A stretch of DNA of 64,000 nt from Paludibacteraceae bacterium (GCA_045578815.1 JAZNKZ010000097.1:10430-74429), one strand, 5' to 3'. Shown: positions 28,404 to 40,500, numbered from the stretch's first letter. Notes: generated from the letters alone by a model not told the origin. Numbers and translations: made by a program.

Positions 28404-30227
28404 ATGGAATTACTACGTTACATATTCGGATTTAATAGCGATAGTCCACTACTATTTACCCAATTTTATTTTTGGGCATTTTTTGCATTAGTGTATTCGG
28501 TGTTGGCTATTATCATGGAAGTAGGTAACAAATATACAAGAAGTGGTAATTTACAAGAGAAAGGTAAATGTTCTAATCGTTTGCATTTACGTAACATATT
28601 TCTATTAGCTGTCAGCTGGTTCTTTTACTATAAAACAAGCGGTCTATTTCTTATCATTTTACTTTTTATTACGCTAAGTGATTGGTTAATTGCCAAGCAA
28701 ATATATCGCAATAACAGCAACAATCAACATACGCAAGCTAGTTGGTGGTTAGCAATAAGTATAATTCTAGATTTGGGATTGCTTTTCTATTTCAAATATT
28801 CCTACTTTTTCACAAACATTATAAATAATTTCTTCGGTACAGAATTTGCCGTTTTTGACATTTTTGCATATATAGGCAATGGTTTCAGTGAAAATGGACG
28901 ATTCACGGTGGATAACATCATCCTACCAGTTGGAATATCATTTTATATTTTTCAAGTTATATCATACACCGTAGACGTGTATAGAGGACACGTACAACCC
29001 GTAAAAAACTTACTCGATTTCGGTTTTTATGTCAGTTTCTTTCCACAACTAGTTGCGGGCCCCATTGTACGTGCTAACGAATTTATTCCACAACTTTACC
29101 GTCCCTTTGTGCTTAGTCGTCGCTTAGCAGGGCTAGCTATCTTTTGGATTCTCAACGGATTAATCAAAAAGGTCGTATTGAGCGACTATCTCGCTGTTAA
29201 CTTTATAGACCGTGTATTCGAAAATCCATTATTATTCAGTGGTTTTGAAAATTTATTTGCTTTATTCTCATACTCATTGCAAGTCTATGCAGACTTTTCT
29301 GGATATACCGATATTGCTATAGGTATTGCAATGCTGATGGGTTTCTATCTACCACAAAACTTTGATTCTCCTTATAAATCACGCAACCCACAAGAATTTT
29401 GGCGCAGATGGCATATGTCATTGAGTCGTTGGCTGAAAAGTTATCTATACATTCCGCTCGGAGGTAACCGCAGCATCATGGGCAAAAAAGTCAAGAACAA
29501 AATTACGGCTGGAAATTTTAACTCCTTTATTACTATGGTGCTAGGAGGATTATGGCATGGTGCCAGTTGGAACTTTATAATATGGGGGGCATTGAATGGA
29601 ATAGGAATGATTGTATATAAGGTGTGGGCAAAGATAAATTGGAACATCAAAATGTTACTACTGACATTGCTTATGGGTAGCTTATGGGTAGCTTATTCCT
29701 TGCTAAATGCTCCTATCTGGAATCTATGCTTTGTTTGGGGAATTATATTATGGACAGGTAATCTAATTCGATATATATATTGGTGGATTGAGCGTATGGG
29801 AAGCATTGCCATAGCTGGAACCCCACGCGCAACTATAACACGATGGATTGGCAAGGCATGGGCGATATTACAAACATTTGCATTTATTACATTCACACGG
29901 TTATTCTTCCGTTCAGGAAGTAATTTAGATCCTGCCACTGCTAGTCAAGACGCTTGGGAGACTGCCACCAACATGGTAAATCAAATTGGAGGTGCATGGG
30001 ATAATAGTATCATTCTAAATTTTCTTTGGGAATATCGATATGTTGTCATATTGTTTGTTATAGGAATGATCATACATTGGCTACCTAATCGGATCAAACG
30101 TTTGTATCGCATACGATTCTGCACACTACCTATTTGGACTATCATAATAATTGTAGTAATAGCCGTGGTGGGAATATATCAGTTCATGACAGCAGATTTA
30201 CAAGCATTTATTTATTTTCAATTTTAA
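28404..30227 (+). CDS. MBOAT family O-acyltransferase (AlgI/DltB/PatA-like)
   Basis: Polytopic membrane protein with the conserved FWRRWHMSLSRWL and GGLWHGASW histidine motifs. ATG 28404 was chosen because the longer ORF in the track overlaps the previous gene. Confidence 0.85.
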   Translation: MELLRYIFGFNSDSPLLFTQFYFWAFFALVYSVLAIIMEVGNKYTRSGNLQEKGKCSNRLHLRNIFLLAVSWFFYYKTSGLFLIILLFITLSDWLIAKQIYRNNSNNQHTQASWWLAISIILDLGLLFYFKYSYFFTNIINNFFGTEFAVFDIFAYIGNGFSENGRFTVDNIILPVGISFYIFQVISYTVDVYRGHVQPVKNLLDFGFYVSFFPQLVAGPIVRANEFIPQLYRPFVLSRRLAGLAIFWILNGLIKKVVLSDYLAVNFIDRVFENPLLFSGFENLFALFSYSLQVYADFSGYTDIAIGIAMLMGFYLPQNFDSPYKSRNPQEFWRRWHMSLSRWLKSYLYIPLGGNRSIMGKKVKNKITAGNFNSFITMVLGGLWHGASWNFIIWGALNGIGMIVYKVWAKINWNIKMLLLTLLMGSLWVAYSLLNAPIWNLCFVWGIILWTGNLIRYIYWWIERMGSIAIAGTPRATITRWIGKAWAILQTFAFITFTRLFFRSGSNLDPATASQDAWETATNMVNQIGGAWDNSIILNFLWEYRYVVILFVIGMIIHWLPNRIKRLYRIRFCTLPIWTIIIIVVIAVVGIYQFMTADLQAFIYFQF

Positions 30228-30230
30228 CGT

Positions 30231-30815
30231 ATGATTATTGGTATAACAGGTGGCATAGGAAGTGGCAAGAGTACGATTGCAAAACAATTGTATCAGATGG
30301 GATATAGAGTATATGATACAGATCGCGAAGCCAAACGTATCATCATGGAAGATATGGATGTACGAAGTAAAATTATTGCACTGTTTGGCGAAGAAGTATA
30401 TGCGGACGGTGTGTATCAAACAGCGATAGTTGCGCAGCGCGTATTTAGAAACACAGAACTATTGGCACAACTGAACGCAATCGTTCATCCTGCGGTAAAA
30501 GAAGACATAATACAGTGTAGATCTAACATTCAAAATAATGAACTATTTTTCATAGAGTGCGCTATCTTATACCAAGCGGGATTGAATATATTGTGCGATA
30601 AAATTGTGTATGTAACTGCACCAAAAGAGGTTCGCTTGCAACGTGTTATCGCACGTGATCATACCACCATATCAAAGGTACGCGCACGCATGCGTGCGCA
30701 AGAGATTGAAAAAGATCTACAACGTGCAGATTTAGTAGTGAATAATGACGGAAAAACAGAAATTATGGTCATTTGTTTGCAAATACAAGATTTTTTTCGT
30801 AACTTTGCAGGCTGA
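30231..30815 (+). CDS. coaE: dephospho-CoA kinase
   Basis: P-loop GITGGIGSGKST at the N-terminus. 194 aa. Confidence 0.9.
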   Translation: MIIGITGGIGSGKSTIAKQLYQMGYRVYDTDREAKRIIMEDMDVRSKIIALFGEEVYADGVYQTAIVAQRVFRNTELLAQLNAIVHPAVKEDIIQCRSNIQNNELFFIECAILYQAGLNILCDKIVYVTAPKEVRLQRVIARDHTTISKVRARMRAQEIEKDLQRADLVVNNDGKTEIMVICLQIQDFFRNFAG

Positions 30816-30847
30816 ATTTGTTTTCGCGAATTAATATAGTTTATTTG

Positions 30848-31675
30848 ATGACAGATAACCAACTCATATTCAGAAGTTTTGCTAGCGGAAGTAGCGGCAA
30901 TTGCTATTTCTTGGGTACTCATAAATGGGGTATCTTGATTGATGCTGGTATTTCTGCACGTACTATTCAAAAGAATCTACGTGAGATGGGATTGGATTAT
31001 GCCAATATAATGGGTGTTTTGGTAACTCATGATCATGCAGACCATATTCGAGCTGTAGGTACATTGGGCGAGCGTGTACATCTACCTATCTACTCCACCC
31101 GAGCTATTCATGACGGTATTGATCGCAACTATGGTGTGCGCGAAAAGCTTCGCACCTCACAACGATACTTTGAGAAAGGTGTAGAATGGGAACTCAACGA
31201 CATGCAGATCAACACCTTTGGCATCTCGCATGACTCGACTGAATGTGTAGGTTATGTAATTGATTATCAAGGGCAACGATTCTTGATTGCCACTGATTGC
31301 GGACAGCCGAACAGCACTATGGAGATGTATTTGGCAACAGCCAATCACGTAGTGATAGAGGCCAATCACGATGAACAACTGCTATTGAATGGTCCCTACC
31401 CTACCTATTTAAAAGAGCGCATTCTCTCTTCCAAAGGACATCAAAGCAACGTGACATGCGGACAGTTATTAGCAAAAAATTGGCACGCAGAAATGCGGAA
31501 CGTTTTCTTGTGTCACTTGAGTAACGAAAATAATGATCCAGATGTGGCTATCAACACCATCAAAGACATCCTACTGGAAGAAGGAATTATGCCTGGTGAA
31601 GATTTGTTTATAACACCATTGGAGCGCACCAAGCCAAGTGCACTATATACACTCAATGAGAACATTATACGATAA
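30848..31675 (+). CDS. MBL-fold metallo-hydrolase
   Basis: SGSSGNCYFL and the VTHDHADH (HxHxDH) motif. Confidence 0.8.
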   Translation: MTDNQLIFRSFASGSSGNCYFLGTHKWGILIDAGISARTIQKNLREMGLDYANIMGVLVTHDHADHIRAVGTLGERVHLPIYSTRAIHDGIDRNYGVREKLRTSQRYFEKGVEWELNDMQINTFGISHDSTECVGYVIDYQGQRFLIATDCGQPNSTMEMYLATANHVVIEANHDEQLLLNGPYPTYLKERILSSKGHQSNVTCGQLLAKNWHAEMRNVFLCHLSNENNDPDVAINTIKDILLEEGIMPGEDLFITPLERTKPSALYTLNENIIR

Positions 31676-31688
31676 ACATATTTTAAAT

Positions 31689-32432
31689 ATGAATAACTTA
31701 GTAATCATCCCAACTTACAACGAGAAAGAGAACATTGAAGCCATCATCACTGCTGTGATGGAGTTGCCCATAGAATACCATGTCTTGGTTATTGACGATG
31801 GATCTCCAGACGGCACTGCTGCAATCGTTAAAGATTTGATGGCTAATAAGTTTTCAGGAAAATTGCATCTAGTAGAACGTTCTGGAAAATTAGGATTGGG
31901 TACTGCATACATAGCAGGTTTCAAGTGGGCGATTGAGCACAAATATGATTATATCTTTGAGATGGATGCGGACTTTTCACACAATCCACAAGATTTGCTC
32001 AAGTTGTATGACGCATGTGCCAACCAAGGAGCAGATGTGGCAATTGGTAGTCGCTATGTAAGTGGTGTAAACGTTGTGAATTGGCCTATGGGACGTGTGT
32101 TAATGTCCTATTTTGCAAGTAAATATGTGCGTTTCGTATTGGGGATGAAAGTACACGACACTACTGCTGGCTTTGTCTGCTACCGCCGTGAGGTATTGGA
32201 AACCCTTGAGTTGGATAAGATCCGTTTCAAAGGATATGCCTTCCAAATTGAGATGAAATTTACGGCATACAAGTGTGGATTCAAGATCCAAGAAGTACCT
32301 ATCATTTTTGTCAACCGTGTGTTGGGAACTAGCAAAATGTCTGGAGGTATTTTCTCAGAAGCGCTGCTTGGTGTTGTAGAATTAAAAATTAACTCATGGA
32401 CACGCAAATTTCCACAAAAGAAAAGTCTGTAA
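31689..32432 (+). CDS. polyprenol-phosphate glycosyltransferase (GT2, Dpm1-like)
   Basis: IIPTYNEKENI, DDGSPDGT and MDADFSHNP motifs of dolichyl/polyprenyl-phosphate mannose synthase-type GT2 enzymes. Confidence 0.85.
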   Translation: MNNLVIIPTYNEKENIEAIITAVMELPIEYHVLVIDDGSPDGTAAIVKDLMANKFSGKLHLVERSGKLGLGTAYIAGFKWAIEHKYDYIFEMDADFSHNPQDLLKLYDACANQGADVAIGSRYVSGVNVVNWPMGRVLMSYFASKYVRFVLGMKVHDTTAGFVCYRREVLETLELDKIRFKGYAFQIEMKFTAYKCGFKIQEVPIIFVNRVLGTSKMSGGIFSEALLGVVELKINSWTRKFPQKKSL

Positions 32433-32457
32433 GGAAATTACTAAAATTTAAACTAGC

Positions 32458-33678
32458 TTGAAAAATAGGATTACATATATAATAAGTTCAATAGCGGCTG
32501 TAGGAGCATTGATAACAACAATTTTATTGTGTACGCCTACAACTTCATTAAGCACCCTCATTCAGGAGCCTGAAATTCGCTATGAATATGGTTTACCTAT
32601 TGATTCGTTTCGCATAGATACGTTAGAGGTAAAAGAAGGCGAGACTTTAGGCGGCATGCTGAATCGATTAGGAGCGACACGTCAACAAATAACGGGTATT
32701 ACGCTAATGCCACGCTCCGAGTTTGATGTGCGCACAATTCGACCTGGCAAGACGTATTACGCTCTTTTTCAGACAGACACAGCAGGTATTGAGCACTTAT
32801 GTTATTATATATACAAACCCAACATTCGCGAAGCTGTGGTACTACACTTGACTGACAGCATGCATGTTGAGCGATTTGAAAAACCTATAACTCGCCATAA
32901 TCGTGCTGCAGAGGTGGTTATAGAAACAAGTCTTTGGAATGCTATGATAGACAAAGACCTACCTCCTGAACTAGCCCTTGAACTCAGCGATATCTACGCA
33001 TGGACTATTGATTTCTTCGGATTACAACAAGGTGACTCCATTCGGGTTTATTACGAAGAGCAGTATGTAGATAGTGTGCGTATTGGTATAGGTCGTATTT
33101 ATGCATCCGATTTCTACCACGCACGCCGTTGGCAAGAAGCCTTCTGGTTTGAAGATGGCAACATACAAAACTATTTTGACGCAGATGGTAATAGTTTACG
33201 AAAAGCATTCCTGAAGGCGCCACTGAACTACAAACGCATTTCATCTAAGTTCACATACGCACGCAAACACCCTATATACAAGGTTGTTAGGCCACACACA
33301 GGGGTGGATTATGCCGCTCCAGCTGGTACACCCGTAGTCAGTATTGGTGATGGTGTGGTAACAATGAAGCAATACAAGGGAGGTGGCGGTCACACAGTGA
33401 AGATCAAGCACAATTCCACATATACCACGGCATACCTTCACCTTTCCAAATATGCAAAAGGTTTAACAGTAGGAAAACATGTCAAACAGGGTGAAGTAAT
33501 TGGTTATGTCGGTAGTTCGGGAGCGAGCACAGGTCCACACTTAGATTTCCGAGTTTGGAAAAACGGCACTCCAATTGATCCACTCAAGATGCAATCACCA
33601 CCAGCAGAACCTATTCCATCTCAATACAAAGACACATTTGATACCGTTGTAGCTAATTATCGACAATTATTACACTAA
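32458..33678 (+). CDS. M23 family metallopeptidase (second copy in window)
   Basis: HTGVDYAAPAGTPV and GSSGASTGPHLDFRVWKNGTPIDP. N-terminal TM anchor. The start codon is TTG per the ORF track. Confidence 0.8.
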   Translation: MKNRITYIISSIAAVGALITTILLCTPTTSLSTLIQEPEIRYEYGLPIDSFRIDTLEVKEGETLGGMLNRLGATRQQITGITLMPRSEFDVRTIRPGKTYYALFQTDTAGIEHLCYYIYKPNIREAVVLHLTDSMHVERFEKPITRHNRAAEVVIETSLWNAMIDKDLPPELALELSDIYAWTIDFFGLQQGDSIRVYYEEQYVDSVRIGIGRIYASDFYHARRWQEAFWFEDGNIQNYFDADGNSLRKAFLKAPLNYKRISSKFTYARKHPIYKVVRPHTGVDYAAPAGTPVVSIGDGVVTMKQYKGGGGHTVKIKHNSTYTTAYLHLSKYAKGLTVGKHVKQGEVIGYVGSSGASTGPHLDFRVWKNGTPIDPLKMQSPPAEPIPSQYKDTFDTVVANYRQLLH

Positions 33679-34284
33679 GAAAAATTTTGCACCTACAGCA
33701 GAAGCTAATTCTCCATCCGTATCTATACGATCACCTATAACAAGGCATTTTTCAACGGAAATAGAGAATTGCTTTGCCACCTTATGTATCAATTGAGACG
33801 CTGGTTTTAGTCCACCTAATTCAGGTGCAGAGATTATCCAATCAAATAGTTGTGCATCAATGCCCAAAGCATTCAGTTTCTCATAGGTGTGTCCATAATC
33901 AGATAGAATGACCAATTTAATATCTCTTTGTTTACATTCACCTACAATATTAGCCAACCATTCCACTGGCTTATAATATCTACCTATTACATCAACCATC
34001 AATGGCATATAGCGACAAAAGTACCATTCCCGCAGTTGCTCCGCAGATTGCGAGCAATAAGTAGCCATTGTTTGAAAATAGGTTTCATAGAACGTAGTCT
34101 CATCCTGTGACCATACACCACGCAATTGCTTACGAGTCTTCCTTTCTGCCCACATTTTGACACAGTCTAGAGGAGCAGCACACAACATTTTAAGCACCAT
34201 ACCATTTTTTTTATAGAGTGTGCCATCCAAGTCAAAAATCACAAGGCGAGTATCTGCCGTTAATACGTTAGAATCAATTTGCAT
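33670..34284 (-). CDS. HAD family hydrolase
   Basis: Motif I IFDLDGTLY and motif IV GDRIDTDG. The 3' end overlaps the convergent M23 gene by 9 nt. Confidence 0.75.
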   Translation of the reverse strand: MQIDSNVLTADTRLVIFDLDGTLYKKNGMVLKMLCAAPLDCVKMWAERKTRKQLRGVWSQDETTFYETYFQTMATYCSQSAEQLREWYFCRYMPLMVDVIGRYYKPVEWLANIVGECKQRDIKLVILSDYGHTYEKLNALGIDAQLFDWIISAPELGGLKPASQLIHKVAKQFSISVEKCLVIGDRIDTDGELASAVGAKFFLV

Positions 34285-34311
34285 AGTTTAGTATTTGATC
34301 AAAAATCTGTG

Positions 34312-34319
34312 CAAAGATA
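34312..34319 (-). promoter_or_regulatory. -7 box TAtCTTTG (HAD hydrolase gene)
   Basis: CAAAGATA on the plus strand, 28 nt upstream of the minus-strand ATG at 34284. Confidence 0.5.
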
Positions 34320-34432
34320 CTACTTTTTTTGAATTCAAGCAAGTATAAGGTATATTTTTTGGAAAAAGGTGTACTTATTTAATAAATCGTGCACGCGCGC
34401 GCGATAAATTTGCATATTTCAATTGTTTATAT

Positions 34433-34440
34433 TAATTTTG
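34433..34440 (+). promoter_or_regulatory. -7 box TAatTTTG (giant surface protein gene); a second match TAaaTTTG lies at 34405-34412
   Basis: Both match TAnnTTTG. The implied 5' UTR is about 90-120 nt and very AT-rich. Confidence 0.45.
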
Positions 34441-34533
34441 CAGCCGATTTTGGGTTTTTATATAGCATTTTACTTATAAAAATCTTAAAAATATGAACAT
34501 TTAACATAGAAATATTAACAAAAGACATAAATT

Positions 34534-37500
34534 ATGACAAAAATTTACTTAAAACGCTTTTTATTAAGTAGTTTAATCATTCTGAGTGGCATTTTTGCAT
34601 CTGCTCAACAAGTACCCAACCCAAGTTTTGAGGATTGGAGTGGCGAGAAGTATGACGGAGAAATTCAACCAAAAGATTGGTATGCGAGCAATGTCACCCA
34701 ATTAAGTTTCAAATTTAATTTAGCTCACCGTGAAGCAGGTCATACAGGTAATTACTCCATGATGGTGCAAGACACCGAAGTAGGAGCCATGGGTATTACC
34801 GAGGTATCTCCGGGTTACTTCTCATTAGGTAAGCCCTGGACACACCTTCCAAGTATTACAGAAATTAACAAAGCCACCGCTGGTACCTCTGGCGGCATTA
34901 ACTTTAAATACCGTCCTGACACCATGTCTGTATGGATTAAGCGTACAGGTCCTGCCACCGATGCAGAAGACTTTTACCTGCTTTACTATGCATGGTCAGG
35001 TACAGCAAAAGGAAGCAAATATAAAGGGAAAGATGGTAATTGTACAAGCATAAGCCAAACCAATGAAGAGAGTGATATTCGTTTGGCATTGGATGCGAAT
35101 GAATGTGGTACAGACCAAAAAGCGAACCAAATTGCCGAAGGTATGTGGCGCGAGAAGAAGGAGTATGGTGCATGGACTAACATTCGTGTGCCGATTTACT
35201 ATTTCAGCAACGATGTGCCTACTATGATGAATATCATCTTCTCGGCCAGTAATTATCCTAATTACCGTGCAAATGATGGGTTATATAAAGGTAATGCATT
35301 GTATATAGATGATGTAGAATTGATTTATTCAGCCAAGATTCAGAAGCTATATGTCGGCGGCAAAGAGTGGAAGGGCTTTGACCCAAACACACAAGAGGAG
35401 CAGACCTATTCACTCGGTCGTTCTGCCACAAACATCCCAGAGATCAAAGCAGTACGTGGTGCGGGGTCTATCACCAATGCTAAAGGTGAAACTGCTAGTT
35501 TTGCAGGCCGTGAGTTATCTGGCAGCGAGATCACAATAACAAATGGTGAAATTGATGGAACTCCGACTGTAATCACTGTAAAATCAGAAGACGGCAAGAG
35601 CACTACCACGTATAAGATTAAGTTCGTGCGCGAGGCAAGTACAAATGCTAAATTAGCTAGCATATACGTAAACGGCAATGCCATTAGCAACTTCAAGCCA
35701 GATCTTGGTACATATACTCACCAGTTGCCATATGGTACAACAGCTATTCCTGAGGTAACTGTAGAAAAACAAGAAGATGAGCAAACGGTGGAGATCACAC
35801 AAGCTACTAGTTTGACAGGTACTGCAACCATTAAGGTAACTGCTGCCGATAAAAAAGCCACAAAGACCTACACGATCACTTTCAGTGTGGCTAAACTATC
35901 CGACAATACATTGAAAGATATTAAGGTCAACGGAGTTTCTATTCTTGGTTTCACTCCTAGCCAAACTATTTATCGTGTATCATTACCGACTACAACGACA
36001 ACCATTCCTGAGGTAGAGGCCGTATCTGCATATCCAGCTGGAGAGCAAACGATCACACACACCAAACCTGCATCTGCGGCTAACTTGGACGGCAGTCAGC
36101 ACGTGATTAGTGTCACTACACCAGGCAATCCGACCCCTAAGACATACAAATTGAATTACAAGCTGGAGGCGTCGAATTATTCACTCTTGAATAATCTACA
36201 ACTGGGTGAGAACTTAATCACTAATTTTAACCCCAATTTACTCACCTACTATGTAAACTTCCCTATCGGAACAACAGAGATACCTGCCGTCACATACGAG
36301 AAAGGTGAAGCCACTCAAACAGTAACCATCGATACCAGCGGATTGAACGGTACTGATGGCGTGATTAAGGTCATCGTTGTCGCAGGTAATGGTGTTGAAC
36401 AAAGCGAATATAAGATCGTAGTGACCACTGCCAAATCTAACATATCTACACTTGATATGATTTATTTGGATGGTACCCCATTAGCAGGTTTTTCTTCAGA
36501 CATCACATCATATAGCCACATTCTACCTGTCGGTACAACTGTGTTACCTACCATCACTTATGACCAAGGAGATGAATACCAATCTGTCAAAGTGAATGTA
36601 GGTAGTCTCAACGGTACAACTCGTATTGTGGTTACTGCCGAAAATGGTAGCAGCACTATCTATCAAATCACTTTTAGTGTGGCTAAAGCAACCAACGCTT
36701 CACTCAAGATGATTTATGTAGATGGCAAACCATTAAGTGGGTTCGATCCTAATATCCTTGATTATACCTACGTATTACCTCAAGGTACAACCCGGATGCC
36801 TGTTATCACCTATGATAAGGCAGACGAATATCAGCAGATCTCCACACGTGACGGTGGCATCAATGGCGATTACAAGATCACGGTGCGTCCTCAGTCGGGT
36901 ACTGCACAGACATACACCATTCACTTCTCAGTGGCCACATCTAGCAATGCTGATTTAGCGATGATATACCTCAACGGAGATAGTTTAGCTGGTTTCCACC
37001 ATGACACACTCAATTATGTGGACACTCTCCCTATGGGTGTATTGACTATACCTACAGTTACTTTCGATAAGGGCGAAGAGGTTCAAAAGATTCTTAACAT
37101 CTGCAATAATAATGTACAAACCATCAAGGTCACAGCAGAGAGCGGTGCAACCAAGACCTACACAATCACTTTCATCATTCAACGCTCCAATAGCGCTTTC
37201 CTGAATATGATATATCTTGATGGCGACAGTTTGGTAGGATTTGACAAAAACACATTCGACTACACCGTATCGCTAGAGGGCACCACTTGTCCAATTATCT
37301 CGGTAGATAAGGAAGAGGGACAACAAGTAACCATCACCGCGCCATATTCTACTGGTCAAGCTAAGATTACCGTCATTCCCGAAGAGGGAGCCCCTAACAC
37401 ATATACAATCAACTTTGTAGATGTAGCCAACAATTCTGCACTACTCAAGAATATCTATGTGGATGGCGTTGCCATAGCTGGATTTACTCCAGAAGTATTT

Positions 37501-40500
37501 GTGTACGACAGCATCACATGCTCTAGTATTCATTCCGTGATCACTTATCAAGCCGAATCCACGCAAACCGTTACTGAGTTCCGCAACAAGAATATTGTTA
37601 CGCTCTATGTTGTATCTGGCGAGGACAAAGCGCAATATGAGGTTATCCTTTACCCTCTAACCAACAGCGATTGCACCTTGCGCAACATCACCTTAGAAGG
37701 CATAACCATCACTGGTTTCACTCCTACTACTTATCAATATACATTACCTATTCCTGCTGGTACTACCGCACCTAACATTGGATTTGAGAAGCAATACGCG
37801 GAGCAGGTGGTATATGCTGGAATGCTGAATGCACATACCTACTCGTTGCTAGTTGCAGCGCAGAGCGGCGATACAGCGCGCTACACCTTGCATCTAGATG
37901 AACAGCTCAGCAGCGATGCTAACCTGATTAATCTACAATTGCAAGGCATGACGCTCACCTTTGACCCTGATACATATACGTACACCGTATCACTGCCTGA
38001 GGGATATGATCTGCCAAACATCATCGTAGAGAGCAAACCTGGGCAAGATGTTGCCATGCATAGTGTGAGTGATACCGAACAACAGGTGATCGTCACTGCT
38101 CCTAATGGCAACACCAATACCTACACCATCATCTACGACCGCAACAAGTCAACCAATGCTTGGCTTACAGACATCCTCATCAATGGTGTTAGCCTTGAGG
38201 GTTTTGATGCCTCTTTCTTCCACTATACCGACACTCTGGCATGGCGCACCAAGGTCGTACCATGTGTGCAACCTATTGGTGCCCACCCAGACCAAGTGAT
38301 CACCACCTACCATAGCGCAGTGGACGGCACCACTAAGATTGAGGTGATAGCTCCTGATGGTGTAACCAAACAAGAATACACCATTCATTTCCCTGTTATC
38401 AAGTCTAGCAAGACCGAACTTGCATCTATCATTCTTGATCACGAAACACTGACTATCGATTACCAACCTAATACAACCGACTATTACATCGCCATACCTT
38501 ATGGAGAAACGGAAGTACCATTGGTAATCTACGAGGCTCTCGAACCAGAACAAACCATCCAATACATCTCCCGTCCTTTGGGACAAACAACCGAAATCAT
38601 CGTCACAGCAGAGAATGGTGATAAAGCAACATATAAGTTGCATTTCACACCTACCTATGCTTCTGCTGCTAACCAGTTGGATTCGCTACACATCTTGATT
38701 GATGACAGTGTGGTTTATGCCCAGTTGGATGTTAAGCAGACCACACATACAGTAGCATTGCCTTACGGCACTCGCACAATGAACGTGGACTTCAAGAAAC
38801 TATTTGCCGAGCAGACTGTTTGGGTACAACCTGGTGGCATACAATCACCTACAGTGATCACCGTCAAATCCAATCGTCCAGAAGAGGCTGATGTGGTTTA
38901 TACCATCACACCACAAGTGGCAGCGCAAGACCCTGCTACACTGACCGATATACAAGTGAATGGCACAACCATCGAAGGATTTGATCCAAATCGATTCTCA
39001 TATATTGTTAATGTGACCAATGCACCTGTTATAGCCTACACAGCTGCACCTGGAGCACAAGTCAACATCTTGATGCAAACGACTAAGCATTGGCAAGCAC
39101 AGGTTACCCACAATGGTAGAACCAATATATATAATGTATGGTACTACTACGAAAACGATCAAGTACCTAACACTGAGTTCACCGAGTGGACAAAATGTGC
39201 AACATTCACCTCTGCAGACAAACCAGCAGGTTGGAACACCATTGCTGATGTATTGGGTACACACACTGGATTTTTCTCATTCGATCCTGACGGCATGGTT
39301 AATAAATCAGGCAATGATGCCGTTTGTCTTGAGACACCATACAGTACCCCTGGTGGCGGTAACATTCCTGGATTTATCACCTTGGGTAATGTAACTGCAA
39401 AATGGGGCGTAGCTGGTAGTTCATCATTTGGCATCTCTGGTGGTATTAGTTTCCACAACACTCCTGACCAAGTGGCTATGCGTTACTATAACAAAAAAGT
39501 AAAGAACCATAGTTTAATCCAATATAGCCTAACAGGTACCCATGGTGTTAAAACACTGGAGTGGAAAGACTCAGAGACACGTTCGGATTACAAAGAGGTT
39601 ACTTTCGACCTCAGCGAAGCGAACCAAACAGCAGGTGATCCTACCCTACTTAATATCACCATCTGTTCGTTCAATAGTATAGCTGGTACTACCAACACAG
39701 CGCTCAACACATTAGCTGAGATGTATGTAGATTACCTCCGTTTCTCATATAATAGCACACTTACGAGCATAAAGGTTAACGACAGCGTTGCAGTCAAGGA
39801 TGGTAATGCATTCTCATACACATTGCCTGATAGCGAAAACACCCTTATACCTACTCTCACCTTCATAGGTGAAGTGGCTGACCAAGCACAACTCGTTGTT
39901 TGGAGCGAAGAGACCAAAGCTGACGGCTTTAGCGTGCGCAACGCCACTATCACCAACTATGCCGAGGATGGCACCAGCACCGAGTACACACTAGAGCTCA
40001 AACGCCCTCTCGACACCAAGAACACCCTGAGCGACCTGCGCCTCAATGGTGCTACCATATCTTCGTTTGCACCTGCTAAAACCGATTACACCGTGCATCT
40101 CGCATCCACGGTGAAGCATCTTCCTGACCTCCAACCAGTGGCTGCTAGCAGTCTGCAAACCATCACTACTTCATACGCCGACTCCACCATAACCATCGTC
40201 GTTACTCCAGAATCTGGCGCAGCTACTACATACACCGTTCAATTCGTCACCGAATTATCCAACGACGTTGAACTTACCAACATAACAGCAAATGGTATCG
40301 TGTTTGATCCAGCGATTACAGATTATACCATCGTAGCCGATAAGCTCCCTGAAATCACCTTCGTCAAGAAGATGGACGGTCAGACGGTCAACCTCAACAA
40401 TGGCGTGCTACACGTCACTGCGGAAAACGGTGCTACTGGCACTTACACCATTCACCTAGACAAACCTGTCGTTACCACCACCGCTCAACTTGCCGACATA

